Below are positions 10,771 through 19,206 of a DNA stretch of 64,000 bases, one piece after another. Position numbers and translations under genes: made by a program. Within the stretch, counting starts at the first letter, position 1. Each line of letters begins with the position of its first letter. The notes under the pieces were generated by a model. The model saw only the letters and a program-made list of their open reading frames with translations, did no database searches and was not told the origin of the DNA. This stretch comes from an uncultured Thiotrichaceae bacterium. Lineage in GTDB: Bacteria > Pseudomonadota > Gammaproteobacteria > SZUA-229. The stretch covers positions 3,596 through 67,595 of the forward strand of contig CAYTUK010000005.1 in the NCBI GenBank assembly GCA_964441285.1, given 5' to 3'.

Positions 10771-11795
10771 GGTAACAACGCCACCTGATTTAACCCCAAC
10801 CTTTCATCCAGGCCAAACATAATATTCATGTTTTGCACCGCTTGCCCTGCGGCACCTTTTACCAAATTATCGATAACGGAAGAAACCACAACCATATCTC
10901 CGTCCTGTGGCCTGCAGACAGCAATTTGGCAATTATTCGATCCGCTTACATTGCGGGTTTCAGGCATTGTACCTGCTGGCAATACATCGACAAAAGGTTC
11001 ATCGATATAACGCTGTTCCAACAATGACTGCAAATCAACCGTTGAAGTAATCGTGACATACAGGCTCGCTTCAATACCACGTATCATTGGCAGCAAATGT
11101 GGGACAAAGGTTAATCCAATTTCATGTGACGCAATAGTAGACAGCATTTGGTGAATTTCAGGCAGGTGCCGATGCCCCGCTACTGCATAAGCCTTAAAAT
11201 TTTCTGATGATTCAGCCTGTAACCCAGCAACACTGGCACCACGGCCAGCACCACTGATCCCAGATTTGGCATCAACGATCAGATGCTGGTTATTAATCAA
11301 GCCCTGTTCAATCAAGGGTAAAAATCCAAGTATCACGGCAGTTGGGTAACAGCCGGGGTTTGCTACTACTCTGGCATTACGAATTAAATCCCGATTAAAT
11401 TCAGGCAAACCATATACGGCTTCAGCTAAAATGGTTTTACAGGCGTGTTCCATTCCATACCATTGCGCCCACATTGAAGCATCACGTAAACGAAAATCGG
11501 CAGCAAGATCAATTACCCGAGTGCCAGCTTCAATCAGCTCCGGGACGATTTTCATCGCAGTACCATTGGGCGTGGCAAAAAATACAACGTCGCACGCGGC
11601 CAGCGCATCAATGTCCGGCGCAGTAAAACAAATGTCGGTAAACCCACGTAAATTTGGAAACAGGGTAGCAACACTCCGTCCATCTTCAGCGCGTGAAGTA
11701 ACCATTTTCAATGCGGCTTCAGGATGCAACACTAACAACCGCAAGAGTTCAGCGCCGGTATAACCCGTTCCACCAACAATACCAACCGATAACAT
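10767..11795 (-). CDS. argC: N-acetyl-gamma-glutamyl-phosphate reductase
   Basis: [21 protein letters not shown]…PGCYPT with the catalytic Cys region. Confidence 0.93.
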   Translation of the reverse strand: MLSVGIVGGTGYTGAELLRLLVLHPEAALKMVTSRAEDGRSVATLFPNLRGFTDICFTAPDIDALAACDVVFFATPNGTAMKIVPELIEAGTRVIDLAADFRLRDASMWAQWYGMEHACKTILAEAVYGLPEFNRDLIRNARVVANPGCYPTAVILGFLPLIEQGLINNQHLIVDAKSGISGAGRGASVAGLQAESSENFKAYAVAGHRHLPEIHQMLSTIASHEIGLTFVPHLLPMIRGIEASLYVTITSTVDLQSLLEQRYIDEPFVDVLPAGTMPETRNVSGSNNCQIAVCRPQDGDMVVVSSVIDNLVKGAAGQAVQNMNIMFGLDERLGLNQVALLP

Positions 11796-11865
11796 TATTT
11801 CACCTTCATCAACTTTTTTTCACTATTTACTGCATTCACTGTATTATGAGCCAAAATACGAAACG

Positions 11866-12303
11866 ATGGCGGCACAGTCAATGTTATGGGTTAAAGCCTT
11901 CCATATAATCTTCATGGTAACCTGGTTTGCCGGGTTGTTTTATCTACCTCGGTTATTTGTTTACCATGCCAGTTCCAGTGATGAAATTAGCAAGCAGCGT
12001 TTCATCATCATGGAACGCAAATTATTCTGGGGCATTATGACACCCGGCGCAATTATTACCATTTGTCTGGGCGTGTGGCTAATTACCTTTCTGGGAAGCA
12101 GCAGTTTGTCGCTGTTATGGTTACAACTAAAACTAACCTTGGTTACACTGCTAATCATCTATCACATCTGGTGCGGAAAACTGCTTGCTGACTTTAAACA
12201 CGACCGCAACCAACACGATCATGTCTGGTACCGCTGGTTTAACGAATTTCCGGTAATTATTTTAATCGCTATCGTATTATTAGTTGAACTACAGCCTCAA
12301 TAG
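11866..12303 (+). CDS. hemJ: Protoporphyrinogen IX oxidase HemJ (UPF0093 family)
   Basis: WVKAFHIIFMVTWFAGLFYLPRLFVYH is the HemJ signature. The length is 145 aa. It is adjacent to argC as in Pseudomonas. Confidence 0.85.
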   Translation: MAAQSMLWVKAFHIIFMVTWFAGLFYLPRLFVYHASSSDEISKQRFIIMERKLFWGIMTPGAIITICLGVWLITFLGSSSLSLLWLQLKLTLVTLLIIYHIWCGKLLADFKHDRNQHDHVWYRWFNEFPVIILIAIVLLVELQPQ

Positions 12304-12407
12304 AAGCACTGGTGGTAAATTTTAAAAGATTCGTCTTATCTATCAAGTCTATTCTATCAAATCTGTTTATTTCTACTGTTAGCATACCAACCAACAATTA
12401 ACTTGAT

Positions 12408-12875
12408 TCAAACAAACTGCTCCAGCTGCCTTAACACCTGCTTATAAACTTTACGTTTAAAAGGCACTATTTCACCCAGTGGTGCCCAGTAATCAACCCA
12501 GCACCAACGATCAAATTCGGGTTTATCGCTACAACCCAAATTAACATCATTTTCGTTCCCCACCAGACGCAGATAAAACCATATCTGCTTTTGCCCTATG
12601 CACAAAGGTTTGGAGTGGTGGCGCAATAAATGCTCAGGAATACGGTAACGTAACCAGTCATCCGTCCGACCAATCACCTGCACATGCCGCTCACATAAAC
12701 CCGTTTCTTCATACAGCTCACGAAACATTGCCTCAATGGGAGATTCATTCTCGTCGATCCCACCCTGTGGAAATTGCCAGGCATTTTGCCCGTTTCTGCG
12801 TGCCCAAAATACTTTACCGTCATGGTTACCGAGTACTATTCCAACATTCGCCCTAAAACCATTAGAATCAATCAC
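12408..12875 (-). CDS. rppH: RNA pyrophosphohydrolase (Nudix)
   Basis: Nudix box GGIDENESPIEAMFRELYEETG. The length is 155 aa. Confidence 0.9.
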   Translation of the reverse strand: MIDSNGFRANVGIVLGNHDGKVFWARRNGQNAWQFPQGGIDENESPIEAMFRELYEETGLCERHVQVIGRTDDWLRYRIPEHLLRHHSKPLCIGQKQIWFYLRLVGNENDVNLGCSDKPEFDRWCWVDYWAPLGEIVPFKRKVYKQVLRQLEQFV

Positions 12876-13000
12876 TTAAAAATCTCACTTATCATCCGTT
12901 GTATTATTCAACGAAATACTGGTGCGAATAAATACGATTATTGTATTTATCATAACAGACCACACAGAAAATATAAGTTTAAACTCAGGAAATATTTTAT

Positions 13001-13132
13001 ATTACTGAAACAGATGAAAGGGCTACCTGGTGTTCGAGACCGTCAGTCGCAGGGATGCGGGTGTCGAGCTTACATGGAAGTATTTACAGCGTGTCTTGAA
13101 CACCAGGTAGCCTTTTCATCCATCCTGTTAGC
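13001..13132 (+). repeat. Palindromic extragenic element, full copy A (arm 13013..13040, core 13041..13092, arm 13093..13120)
   Basis: The 28-bp arms are gatgaaagggctacctggtgttcgagac and gtcttgaacaccaggtagccttttcatc. They are complementary except for two positions that would be G·U in a plus-strand RNA. The core is cgtcagtcgcagggatgcgggtgtcgagcttacatggaagtatttacagcgt. Confidence 0.85.
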
Positions 13133-13219
13133 ATGTATCGATAGACAAAGATTATTTGAGCCAGGGAACCGTAACAGGTAGTATCGCCATTAATTTTTAT
13201 TATTATTAAAATTTACCAC

Positions 13220-13876
13220 ATGTCACTCGCACTATTTGATCTGGACAACACGCTGCTCGCCGCTGATAGCGACTATCTATGGGGCATTTTTCTGGCAGAA
13301 AAAGGCCTGGTAAACTCGCACAGTTATGAAGCAGCCAATCAACAATTTTACGCGCAGTACAAAGCCGGTACACTGGATATTGATGCATTTCTCACTTTTT
13401 CACTACAGGCATTAAGCCAACATCCAATAAAAAAGCTGGACGCTCTGCATAAAACGTTTATGCAAAAATATATTCAGCCGGTTATGACAGCCAAAGGGCA
13501 GCAACAAATTCAATATCACAAAGAACAGGGTGACAGTATTATTATTATAACTGCCACCAATCGATTTATCACCCAGCCCATCGCCGAAGCATTTAGTGCC
13601 GATGCACTGATCGCGACTGAAGCTGAAATTGTCAATGGTCGATACACGGGTAAGACTGAAGGGATACCCTGTTTTCAGCAGGGAAAAATTGAGCGTTTAA
13701 ACCAGTGGCTGGCCAAGACTGGATATAATATGGATAACAGCTGGTTTTACAGTGATTCACATAACGATATTCCTTTGCTGGAAAAAGTCACTTTCCCAAT
13801 TGCCGTTGACCCGGATGATAAATTAAAAAAACACGCCAAAGCAGCAGGGTGGCCGATAAAAAGTTTTAGAGATTAA
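13220..13876 (+). CDS. HAD-IB family hydrolase (phosphoserine-phosphatase-like)
   Basis: LFDLDNTLL (DxD motif) and …GKTE…DSHNDIP are HAD motifs. Confidence 0.8.
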   Translation: MSLALFDLDNTLLAADSDYLWGIFLAEKGLVNSHSYEAANQQFYAQYKAGTLDIDAFLTFSLQALSQHPIKKLDALHKTFMQKYIQPVMTAKGQQQIQYHKEQGDSIIIITATNRFITQPIAEAFSADALIATEAEIVNGRYTGKTEGIPCFQQGKIERLNQWLAKTGYNMDNSWFYSDSHNDIPLLEKVTFPIAVDPDDKLKKHAKAAGWPIKSFRD

Positions 13877-13921
13877 AGGATATAAATCTGCTGATCTACT
13901 GACACGGAGTTATATCTAAAG

Positions 13922-13947
13922 AACCCTTGATTAATTCAGCTTCAGGG
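13922..13947. repeat. Short repeat AATTCAGCTTCAGGGCGTGAAACGCA (second copy at 38235..38260)
   Basis: 24 of 26 nt are identical to 38235..38260. Both copies lie just 3' of a plus-strand gene. The repeat contains the small palindrome GCGTGAAACGC. Confidence 0.5.
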
Positions 13948-14021
13948 CGTGAAACGCATGTACGTAATAGCGGACTATAGCGAAACGCAGCAGCAGGGCG
14001 TTTTAATTGCGGGCTGTCGAT

Positions 14022-14702
14022 TTATGACTTAACCAGAGGTTTCTTAACCAAATTCTCCAGTGGTTTTCTCAAGCGTTCAAAATCCCTGGGGTTCACATAT
14101 TGCAACACTTCCTTCCTGTCAGCACTTACTGCAATATCCAGACCGAGCGCTGGATAAAGATAATGCGTCAGGTTTGCATTTACGCGGATTTTTTCCGCTG
14201 GTTGCCCGAATCGCGCAATAACTACTGCCTCATCCAGACTGGTTGCTGGAATAAAGGTAATACTTTGAACCGTTGACTGCAAAATTGATGACAGATTATC
14301 CGAATCCAGCAGGTATTTTCGTGCCACACCGCTCGACATGTACTCTACTCTGACGGCAGCTTTTTTCCACTGTATCAATTTGGCCTTATCTGCCCCAGCC
14401 TGTAGCACGATCTTGCCCTTAATCAAACCGGCATGATAATGCCCATAATACATTTCAAGTTTACCGGTCTCATTTCTTTTTGCGACGACAGCAAGCTTGG
14501 CATCATGCCCCAGTACCGCAATGGCATCTTTCAGGCTACTTTGCCCCGGTTTTATACCAAAAACTTTACTGGTGCCATTACTGTCAATTTCGATTTGCCA
14601 GGGCAGCCCATCTATTTTTGGACTGGTCGATCTATCGTAAAGCGAAAACCGATAAATTACCAACGCTACAATTACTAAAATCAATAATGAGAAAAATTTC
14701 AT
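14022..14702 (-). CDS. Hypothetical exported protein (N-terminal signal or anchor)
   Basis: A 226-aa ORF whose N-terminus is MKFFSLLILVIVALVIY. I recognise no motif. Confidence 0.6.
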   Translation of the reverse strand: MKFFSLLILVIVALVIYRFSLYDRSTSPKIDGLPWQIEIDSNGTSKVFGIKPGQSSLKDAIAVLGHDAKLAVVAKRNETGKLEMYYGHYHAGLIKGKIVLQAGADKAKLIQWKKAAVRVEYMSSGVARKYLLDSDNLSSILQSTVQSITFIPATSLDEAVVIARFGQPAEKIRVNANLTHYLYPALGLDIAVSADRKEVLQYVNPRDFERLRKPLENLVKKPLVKS

Positions 14703-14717
14703 TTAAATCCACAACTT

Positions 14718-15284
14718 CTAGGTTTTGGGTAAGGTTACACCCTGTTGCCCCTGATATTTCCCACCTCGGTCGGCATAGGAGGTTTCACAAACCTCGTCGG
14801 CACCAAAAAACAACATTTGCGCCACCCCTTCCTTCGCATATATTTTTGCAGGTAAGGGAGTGGTGTTAGAAAATTCCAGGGTTACATGCCCTTCCCACTC
14901 TGGTTCCAGCGGGGTGACATTAACAATAATGCCACAACGCGCATACGTCGATTTACCCAGACATATGGTTAGTACGTTGCGTGGAATACGGAAATATTCC
15001 ACGGTCCGCGCAAGGGCAAACGAGTTTGGAGGAATAATACAGACGTCCCCTTTGAAATCGACAAAACTGTGCTCAGAAAAATTTTTTGGATCAACTACAG
15101 CAGAGTTGATGTTAGTGAAAATCTTAAATTCATCTGCACAGCGTACATCATAACCATAACTGGACGTGCCATAGGAGATGATCCTGTCACCATTTTCATT
15201 TACGCGTTTTTGCTCAGCTTCAAACGGTTCAAGCATACCCTCTGCTGCTGCACGCCGAATCCACCTGTCAGATTTAATACTCAA
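14718..15284 (-). CDS. dcd: dCTP deaminase
   Basis: 188 aa with SYGYDVRC…, typical of the Dcd/dUTPase fold. Confidence 0.92.
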   Translation of the reverse strand: MSIKSDRWIRRAAAEGMLEPFEAEQKRVNENGDRIISYGTSSYGYDVRCADEFKIFTNINSAVVDPKNFSEHSFVDFKGDVCIIPPNSFALARTVEYFRIPRNVLTICLGKSTYARCGIIVNVTPLEPEWEGHVTLEFSNTTPLPAKIYAKEGVAQMLFFGADEVCETSYADRGGKYQGQQGVTLPKT

Positions 15285-15376
15285 AAACTCACCTCTATGC
15301 CCTTACCTTCATATAGAAAACAACGAATTCTAACAGACTAAACATTAATTCGATAACAAGATATTAATATGGACCT

Positions 15377-15504
15377 ATTACTGAAATGGATGGAACAGAT
15401 ACTTATGGCTCAAGGCCGTCAGCAGCAGGGATGCGGGTGTCGAGCTTACATGGATGGATTAACAGCGTGTCTTAATAATAAGTATCTGTTTCATCCATCC
15501 TGTT
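15377..15504 (+). repeat. Palindromic extragenic element, full copy B
   Basis: The arms are atggatggaacagatacttat and ataagtatctgtttcatccat. They are complementary but differ in sequence from the arms of copies A, C and D. The core is cgtcagcagcagggatgcgggtgtcgagcttacatggatggattaacagcgtgtc. Confidence 0.85.
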
Positions 15505-15574
15505 CGTCATACTGGGCTGGACTCGGCAGGGCTATACGGGCGTTGAGATTTTGTATTTCTATCGAGTATTTTAG

Positions 15575-15970
15575 CTAACCGCAGCTAAAGCTGATGTACT
15601 GGCTGCCATTAAAGACCCGAACACTCTTTTAGTCGATGCACGTAGCCCGGCAGAATATATTGGCTCGCCTCGGCAAAAACGTTCGGGGCATATTCCGAGG
15701 GCTATTCTCTTTCCCTGGGAAATCTCCGTGGATAGCACGCACGGTAACAAACAACGCTCCCATGCCCAGTTAAAACAAATTTTAGCCGCCGCTGGTCTGG
15801 CAAATAAAAATAAACGCTACATTCTGTATTGTCATACAGGTCATCGAGCCGCTCGATTATTCACCATGTTTAAATCCCTGGGGTATCCTCATGTTAAACT
15901 TTACGATGGTTCCATGCAGGAATGGGAAAGGTACAGCACCCTCCCCGTCAAACTCGGTCCCAATCCCTAA
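15575..15970 (+). pseudogene. Rhodanese/thiosulfate sulfurtransferase catalytic domain, 5'-truncated (no N-terminal domain, no in-frame ATG/GTG before residue ~52)
   Basis: The frame is open from the stop at 15572..15574. Its translation …VLAAIKDPNTLLVDARSPAEYIG…GHIPRAILFPW…CHTGHRAARLF…LYDGSMQEWE matches the C-terminal domain of SseA/TST-type enzymes, including the active-site Cys loop. The only ORF start is the GTG at 15728, and the element copy B lies immediately upstream. Confidence 0.55.
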
Positions 15971-16064
15971 AATACCGCGAAACTTTCACCAACCTCACAT
16001 TAAACACAAAATCACCCACGCATCACTGCCTATGTATACTCTGTTCAATGTATGTTCTATTCAG

Positions 16065-16502
16065 TTACACAGTTATTTTCATATAATAGCGATAATCATC
16101 TTCCCTGTATGTACGAAATCCCGCACGCTCATATAACCGTTTGACCGGATTCGTTTTTAATAGTATCAACTCCAGCAATAGTTGCTTTTCTTTTGCCTTA
16201 TGAATTACCTGCTTAACCAGCGACCCACCAATGCCTTTACCCTGGAAACATTCAACAATGTGAATGTCTTCAAGTATCACTCGATCACTTAAATAAGCGA
16301 CGGTCATACGACCAATATCCTCGCCTTTATATTGAATAATTGATGTTTTTAGCCGGTCGAATTGATTGAGAAAATAGTAATGTTCTCTGTCTTCCACTTT
16401 GTCCCATGTTAACTCAACATATTTTCTCATCGTATCCCGAGTCAGATTATTCACAAAATCTTTGTCGGCTTTGGTCGAAGCTCTCAATCTAATGCCATAC
16501 AT
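16065..16502 (-). CDS. GNAT family N-acetyltransferase
   Basis: VECFQGKGIGGSLV matches the acetyl-CoA binding motif Q/RxxGxG/A. The length is 145 aa. Confidence 0.8.
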   Translation of the reverse strand: MYGIRLRASTKADKDFVNNLTRDTMRKYVELTWDKVEDREHYYFLNQFDRLKTSIIQYKGEDIGRMTVAYLSDRVILEDIHIVECFQGKGIGGSLVKQVIHKAKEKQLLLELILLKTNPVKRLYERAGFRTYREDDYRYYMKITV

Positions 16503-16572
16503 AACTTTAAGCAGTATTTAAGCCAGAATATTGGTTATTAACCATATCTTGAATCCAGGGAAGCCCCTTATA

Positions 16573-19191
16573 TTAAGGAAGCGCTGAATTTAGTAAATGG
16601 CGTATCCGAACCAGCAGGGCCTGTGATGAGCAAGGCTTGTAGATTATATTTTTATATAAGGCATCATCAACAAAATCATGGTGACGATCATCGGCGAAAC
16701 CACTAACCAGCTGAATCTTAATCTGCGGATATAACTGCTGAACTTTTTTCGCCAGCTGATAACCATCCATATTCGGCATAATGATGTCAGATATAAGGAG
16801 ATCAACCTTTTCTTCTGCAAGAATCTGTAGTGCCTGTACACCATCAGAGGCGGTAAAAACTTGATAACCATGTTCCGTTAATAATTCATCTGTTAATAAA
16901 GTGAGGCCGGCCTCATCATCAACGATTAGCACAGTTTCCATTCCATACAGGTTAATATTCGCTACCTTAGCTACCGCCTCTGCTACACTCGCTGTTTGCC
17001 GACGACGCGGAAAGTAGAGGGCAAATCGTGTTCCCTGACCTGGTTCCGAGTAGACCTGTATCTGCCCCTTGCTGCGCTGAATAAATCCGTAAACCTGGCT
17101 TAAACCCAAACCTGAACCATGTTGACCTTTAGTCGTATAAAAAGGCTCAAAAATTTGTTCCTGGGTTTTTTTATCCATACCACAACCGGTATCAGTGATG
17201 GTAAGCAAAACATAGTCACCGGGTTGCAAGTTGCTTTGTTGCATCTCCGCAGCGCTAAGCTGGCGATTACAGGTACGAATGGTTAATTGCCCGCATACTT
17301 TCATGGCATGCATTGCATTAATACACAGATTGAGAATAGCATCTTCCAGATCACTGACATCAATCGCCACAGACCATAACATCGCTTCGAGATCAAAAAT
17401 TAGCTTAATCCGCGCAGTGAGCGTTTTTTCAAGCATCTGCCTCTGTTCTAATAGCGGCGTATTGATATTTATAATAGAAATATTGCCCGTTTTCTGGCGA
17501 GTAAAAGTTAGCAGCTTCCGTGTTAACTTGCCTCCCCGTTCCGCTGTATGATAGATCTGGTGTGCATAGCGCGCCAGCCTGGGTTGTTGTTCACCCAAAC
17601 TTTTTTCCAGCAGCTCAGCATAACCCAGAATAATGCCCAGCATATTATTATAGTCATGGGCAATTCCGCTAGTCAGTTGTCCCAACGCATCCATTTTCTG
17701 GCTACGATACAATAACTCTTCCTGCTTTTTACGCTCGGTAATATCCGTTGAGATACAGCACATCGCATAGGTATTATCGTCATCATCCAGCAATGGGAAT
17801 TTCACGGCGAGGAACCGGCGGGAACCATTCTTGAGTGGCACCAGCTCCTCCACCTCCAGCGTCTGACCACTGTGTAATATCGGCTTATCAAACCCGGTAT
17901 ACTTTTCCGCAAAATCAGCTGGAAAAATATCAAAATCCGTTTTTCCAATCACTTCATCGCTGCGAGGCTCGAACAACTGTTTAAATTTCTGGTTAACAAA
18001 AATATAATGTCCTTGTGCATCTTTGGCATAAATAACAGCGGGTGAGTGATCCATAATAGCCTGTAAATTCTTTCTGCTACGAACACTGGCTTCGCGTAGC
18101 TGGTACTGCCTGGTAACATCATTAAAGACCAGCACCATGCCAAGAATAGTCCCGTTACGATCACGTATTGGTGAAGCCGAGTCAGCAATCTGGTACTCGG
18201 TTTTATCTTTGGCTATCAGGGTGGTATGGTTACTGAGGTAAATAATCTCTCCCGTGGCTAAAACTTTGTCAACGGGGTTGTCTATTGGCAGACGCGTGGA
18301 CGCATCAATAATACTAAAGAAAGATTTCAACGGCTGGCCACGGGTTTCATCTGAATGCCATCCCGTCAGCTGCTCGGCAACACCGTTCATATAGAGTAAA
18401 CATCCATTTTCATCTGTAACAATAACAGCATCCGCAATTGAGTCGAGCGTCACCTGATGAAACTCTTTCTCCTTAAACAGATGGTCGTAGCTGAGAGCAA
18501 GGCGCTGCATCAGATGTTTAAAATTACGCGCCAACAATCCAATTTCATCAGTACGCCCGAGCAAAGTATTGGGGAGATCGGGTAAATAGTCGGTGGTTTG
18601 CCGCATAATACGCGACAAGGCTTCAACTGGCGACAACGCATACCGTAGAATTAACGTAGTAACAAGAGATAGCAGCACCAGGGTGACTAACAGCAACGCA
18701 ATTAAGCGTAGCCCAATCTGATTAGAATAGAGCTGCTTAGAGTCAAGGTAATATCCAAGATGCGCATTAGCCATATGTTCTCCCCCAAGATAGACGGGGT
18801 AAACAACTTCACGAACTATTTTGCCGTGGTATTTGATATTTCGCACCAGTGATTTTTTCAAACGCCCCAGTGCAGTCGCTTTTGTTGCGACCAGACCAGC
18901 ATCCGTGTCCGCAATAATCAACCCGTTTGCTCGGCTCAGATAAGCATAGGCGAATTCGTCACCCAGGACAGAGGCTTTTAATAGACGTTCCATCAACTCA
19001 TAGTCCTTTACCGCCAGCGCGTCTTTACTGTTTTCAACAAGATTCTCAGTGAGATCACGCGCCTGCCGTAACCTGAATGCGGCAGCGGTATTTTTTGCAT
19101 CATTAAGTAATAAAAATGCCATAAAACCAGCACTTATTACAAAAAGCAGTAATAGGCTGAATAGTATGCGGTAAAAAATACCCGATTTCAT
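16573..19191 (-). CDS. Hybrid sensor histidine kinase/response regulator (TM–periplasmic sensor–TM, HAMP, 2x PAS, HisKA, HATPase_c, REC)
   Basis: H-box SGIAHDYNNMLGII; the G-boxes DTGCGMD and GSGLGLS; REC LIVDDE…DLLISDIIMPNMDG; and PAS segments. Confidence 0.9.
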   Translation of the reverse strand: MKSGIFYRILFSLLLLFVISAGFMAFLLLNDAKNTAAAFRLRQARDLTENLVENSKDALAVKDYELMERLLKASVLGDEFAYAYLSRANGLIIADTDAGLVATKATALGRLKKSLVRNIKYHGKIVREVVYPVYLGGEHMANAHLGYYLDSKQLYSNQIGLRLIALLLVTLVLLSLVTTLILRYALSPVEALSRIMRQTTDYLPDLPNTLLGRTDEIGLLARNFKHLMQRLALSYDHLFKEKEFHQVTLDSIADAVIVTDENGCLLYMNGVAEQLTGWHSDETRGQPLKSFFSIIDASTRLPIDNPVDKVLATGEIIYLSNHTTLIAKDKTEYQIADSASPIRDRNGTILGMVLVFNDVTRQYQLREASVRSRKNLQAIMDHSPAVIYAKDAQGHYIFVNQKFKQLFEPRSDEVIGKTDFDIFPADFAEKYTGFDKPILHSGQTLEVEELVPLKNGSRRFLAVKFPLLDDDDNTYAMCCISTDITERKKQEELLYRSQKMDALGQLTSGIAHDYNNMLGIILGYAELLEKSLGEQQPRLARYAHQIYHTAERGGKLTRKLLTFTRQKTGNISIININTPLLEQRQMLEKTLTARIKLIFDLEAMLWSVAIDVSDLEDAILNLCINAMHAMKVCGQLTIRTCNRQLSAAEMQQSNLQPGDYVLLTITDTGCGMDKKTQEQIFEPFYTTKGQHGSGLGLSQVYGFIQRSKGQIQVYSEPGQGTRFALYFPRRRQTASVAEAVAKVANINLYGMETVLIVDDEAGLTLLTDELLTEHGYQVFTASDGVQALQILAEEKVDLLISDIIMPNMDGYQLAKKVQQLYPQIKIQLVSGFADDRHHDFVDDALYKNIIYKPCSSQALLVRIRHLLNSALP

Positions 19192-19206
19192 GACAGTAAT
19201 AGTCGT

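Noticed and set aside
12774-13181. ORFs 12774–13181 (135 aa) and 15369–15578 (69 aa) share the peptide QGCGCRAYM and look like a small conserved protein family.
   Set aside because: The shared peptide is just the translated conserved core of the palindromic repeat element (…CAGGGATGCGGGTGTCGAGCTTACATGGA…). The ORFs have no RBS and span arm and core boundaries, and their frames differ in other copies, so they are not coding.
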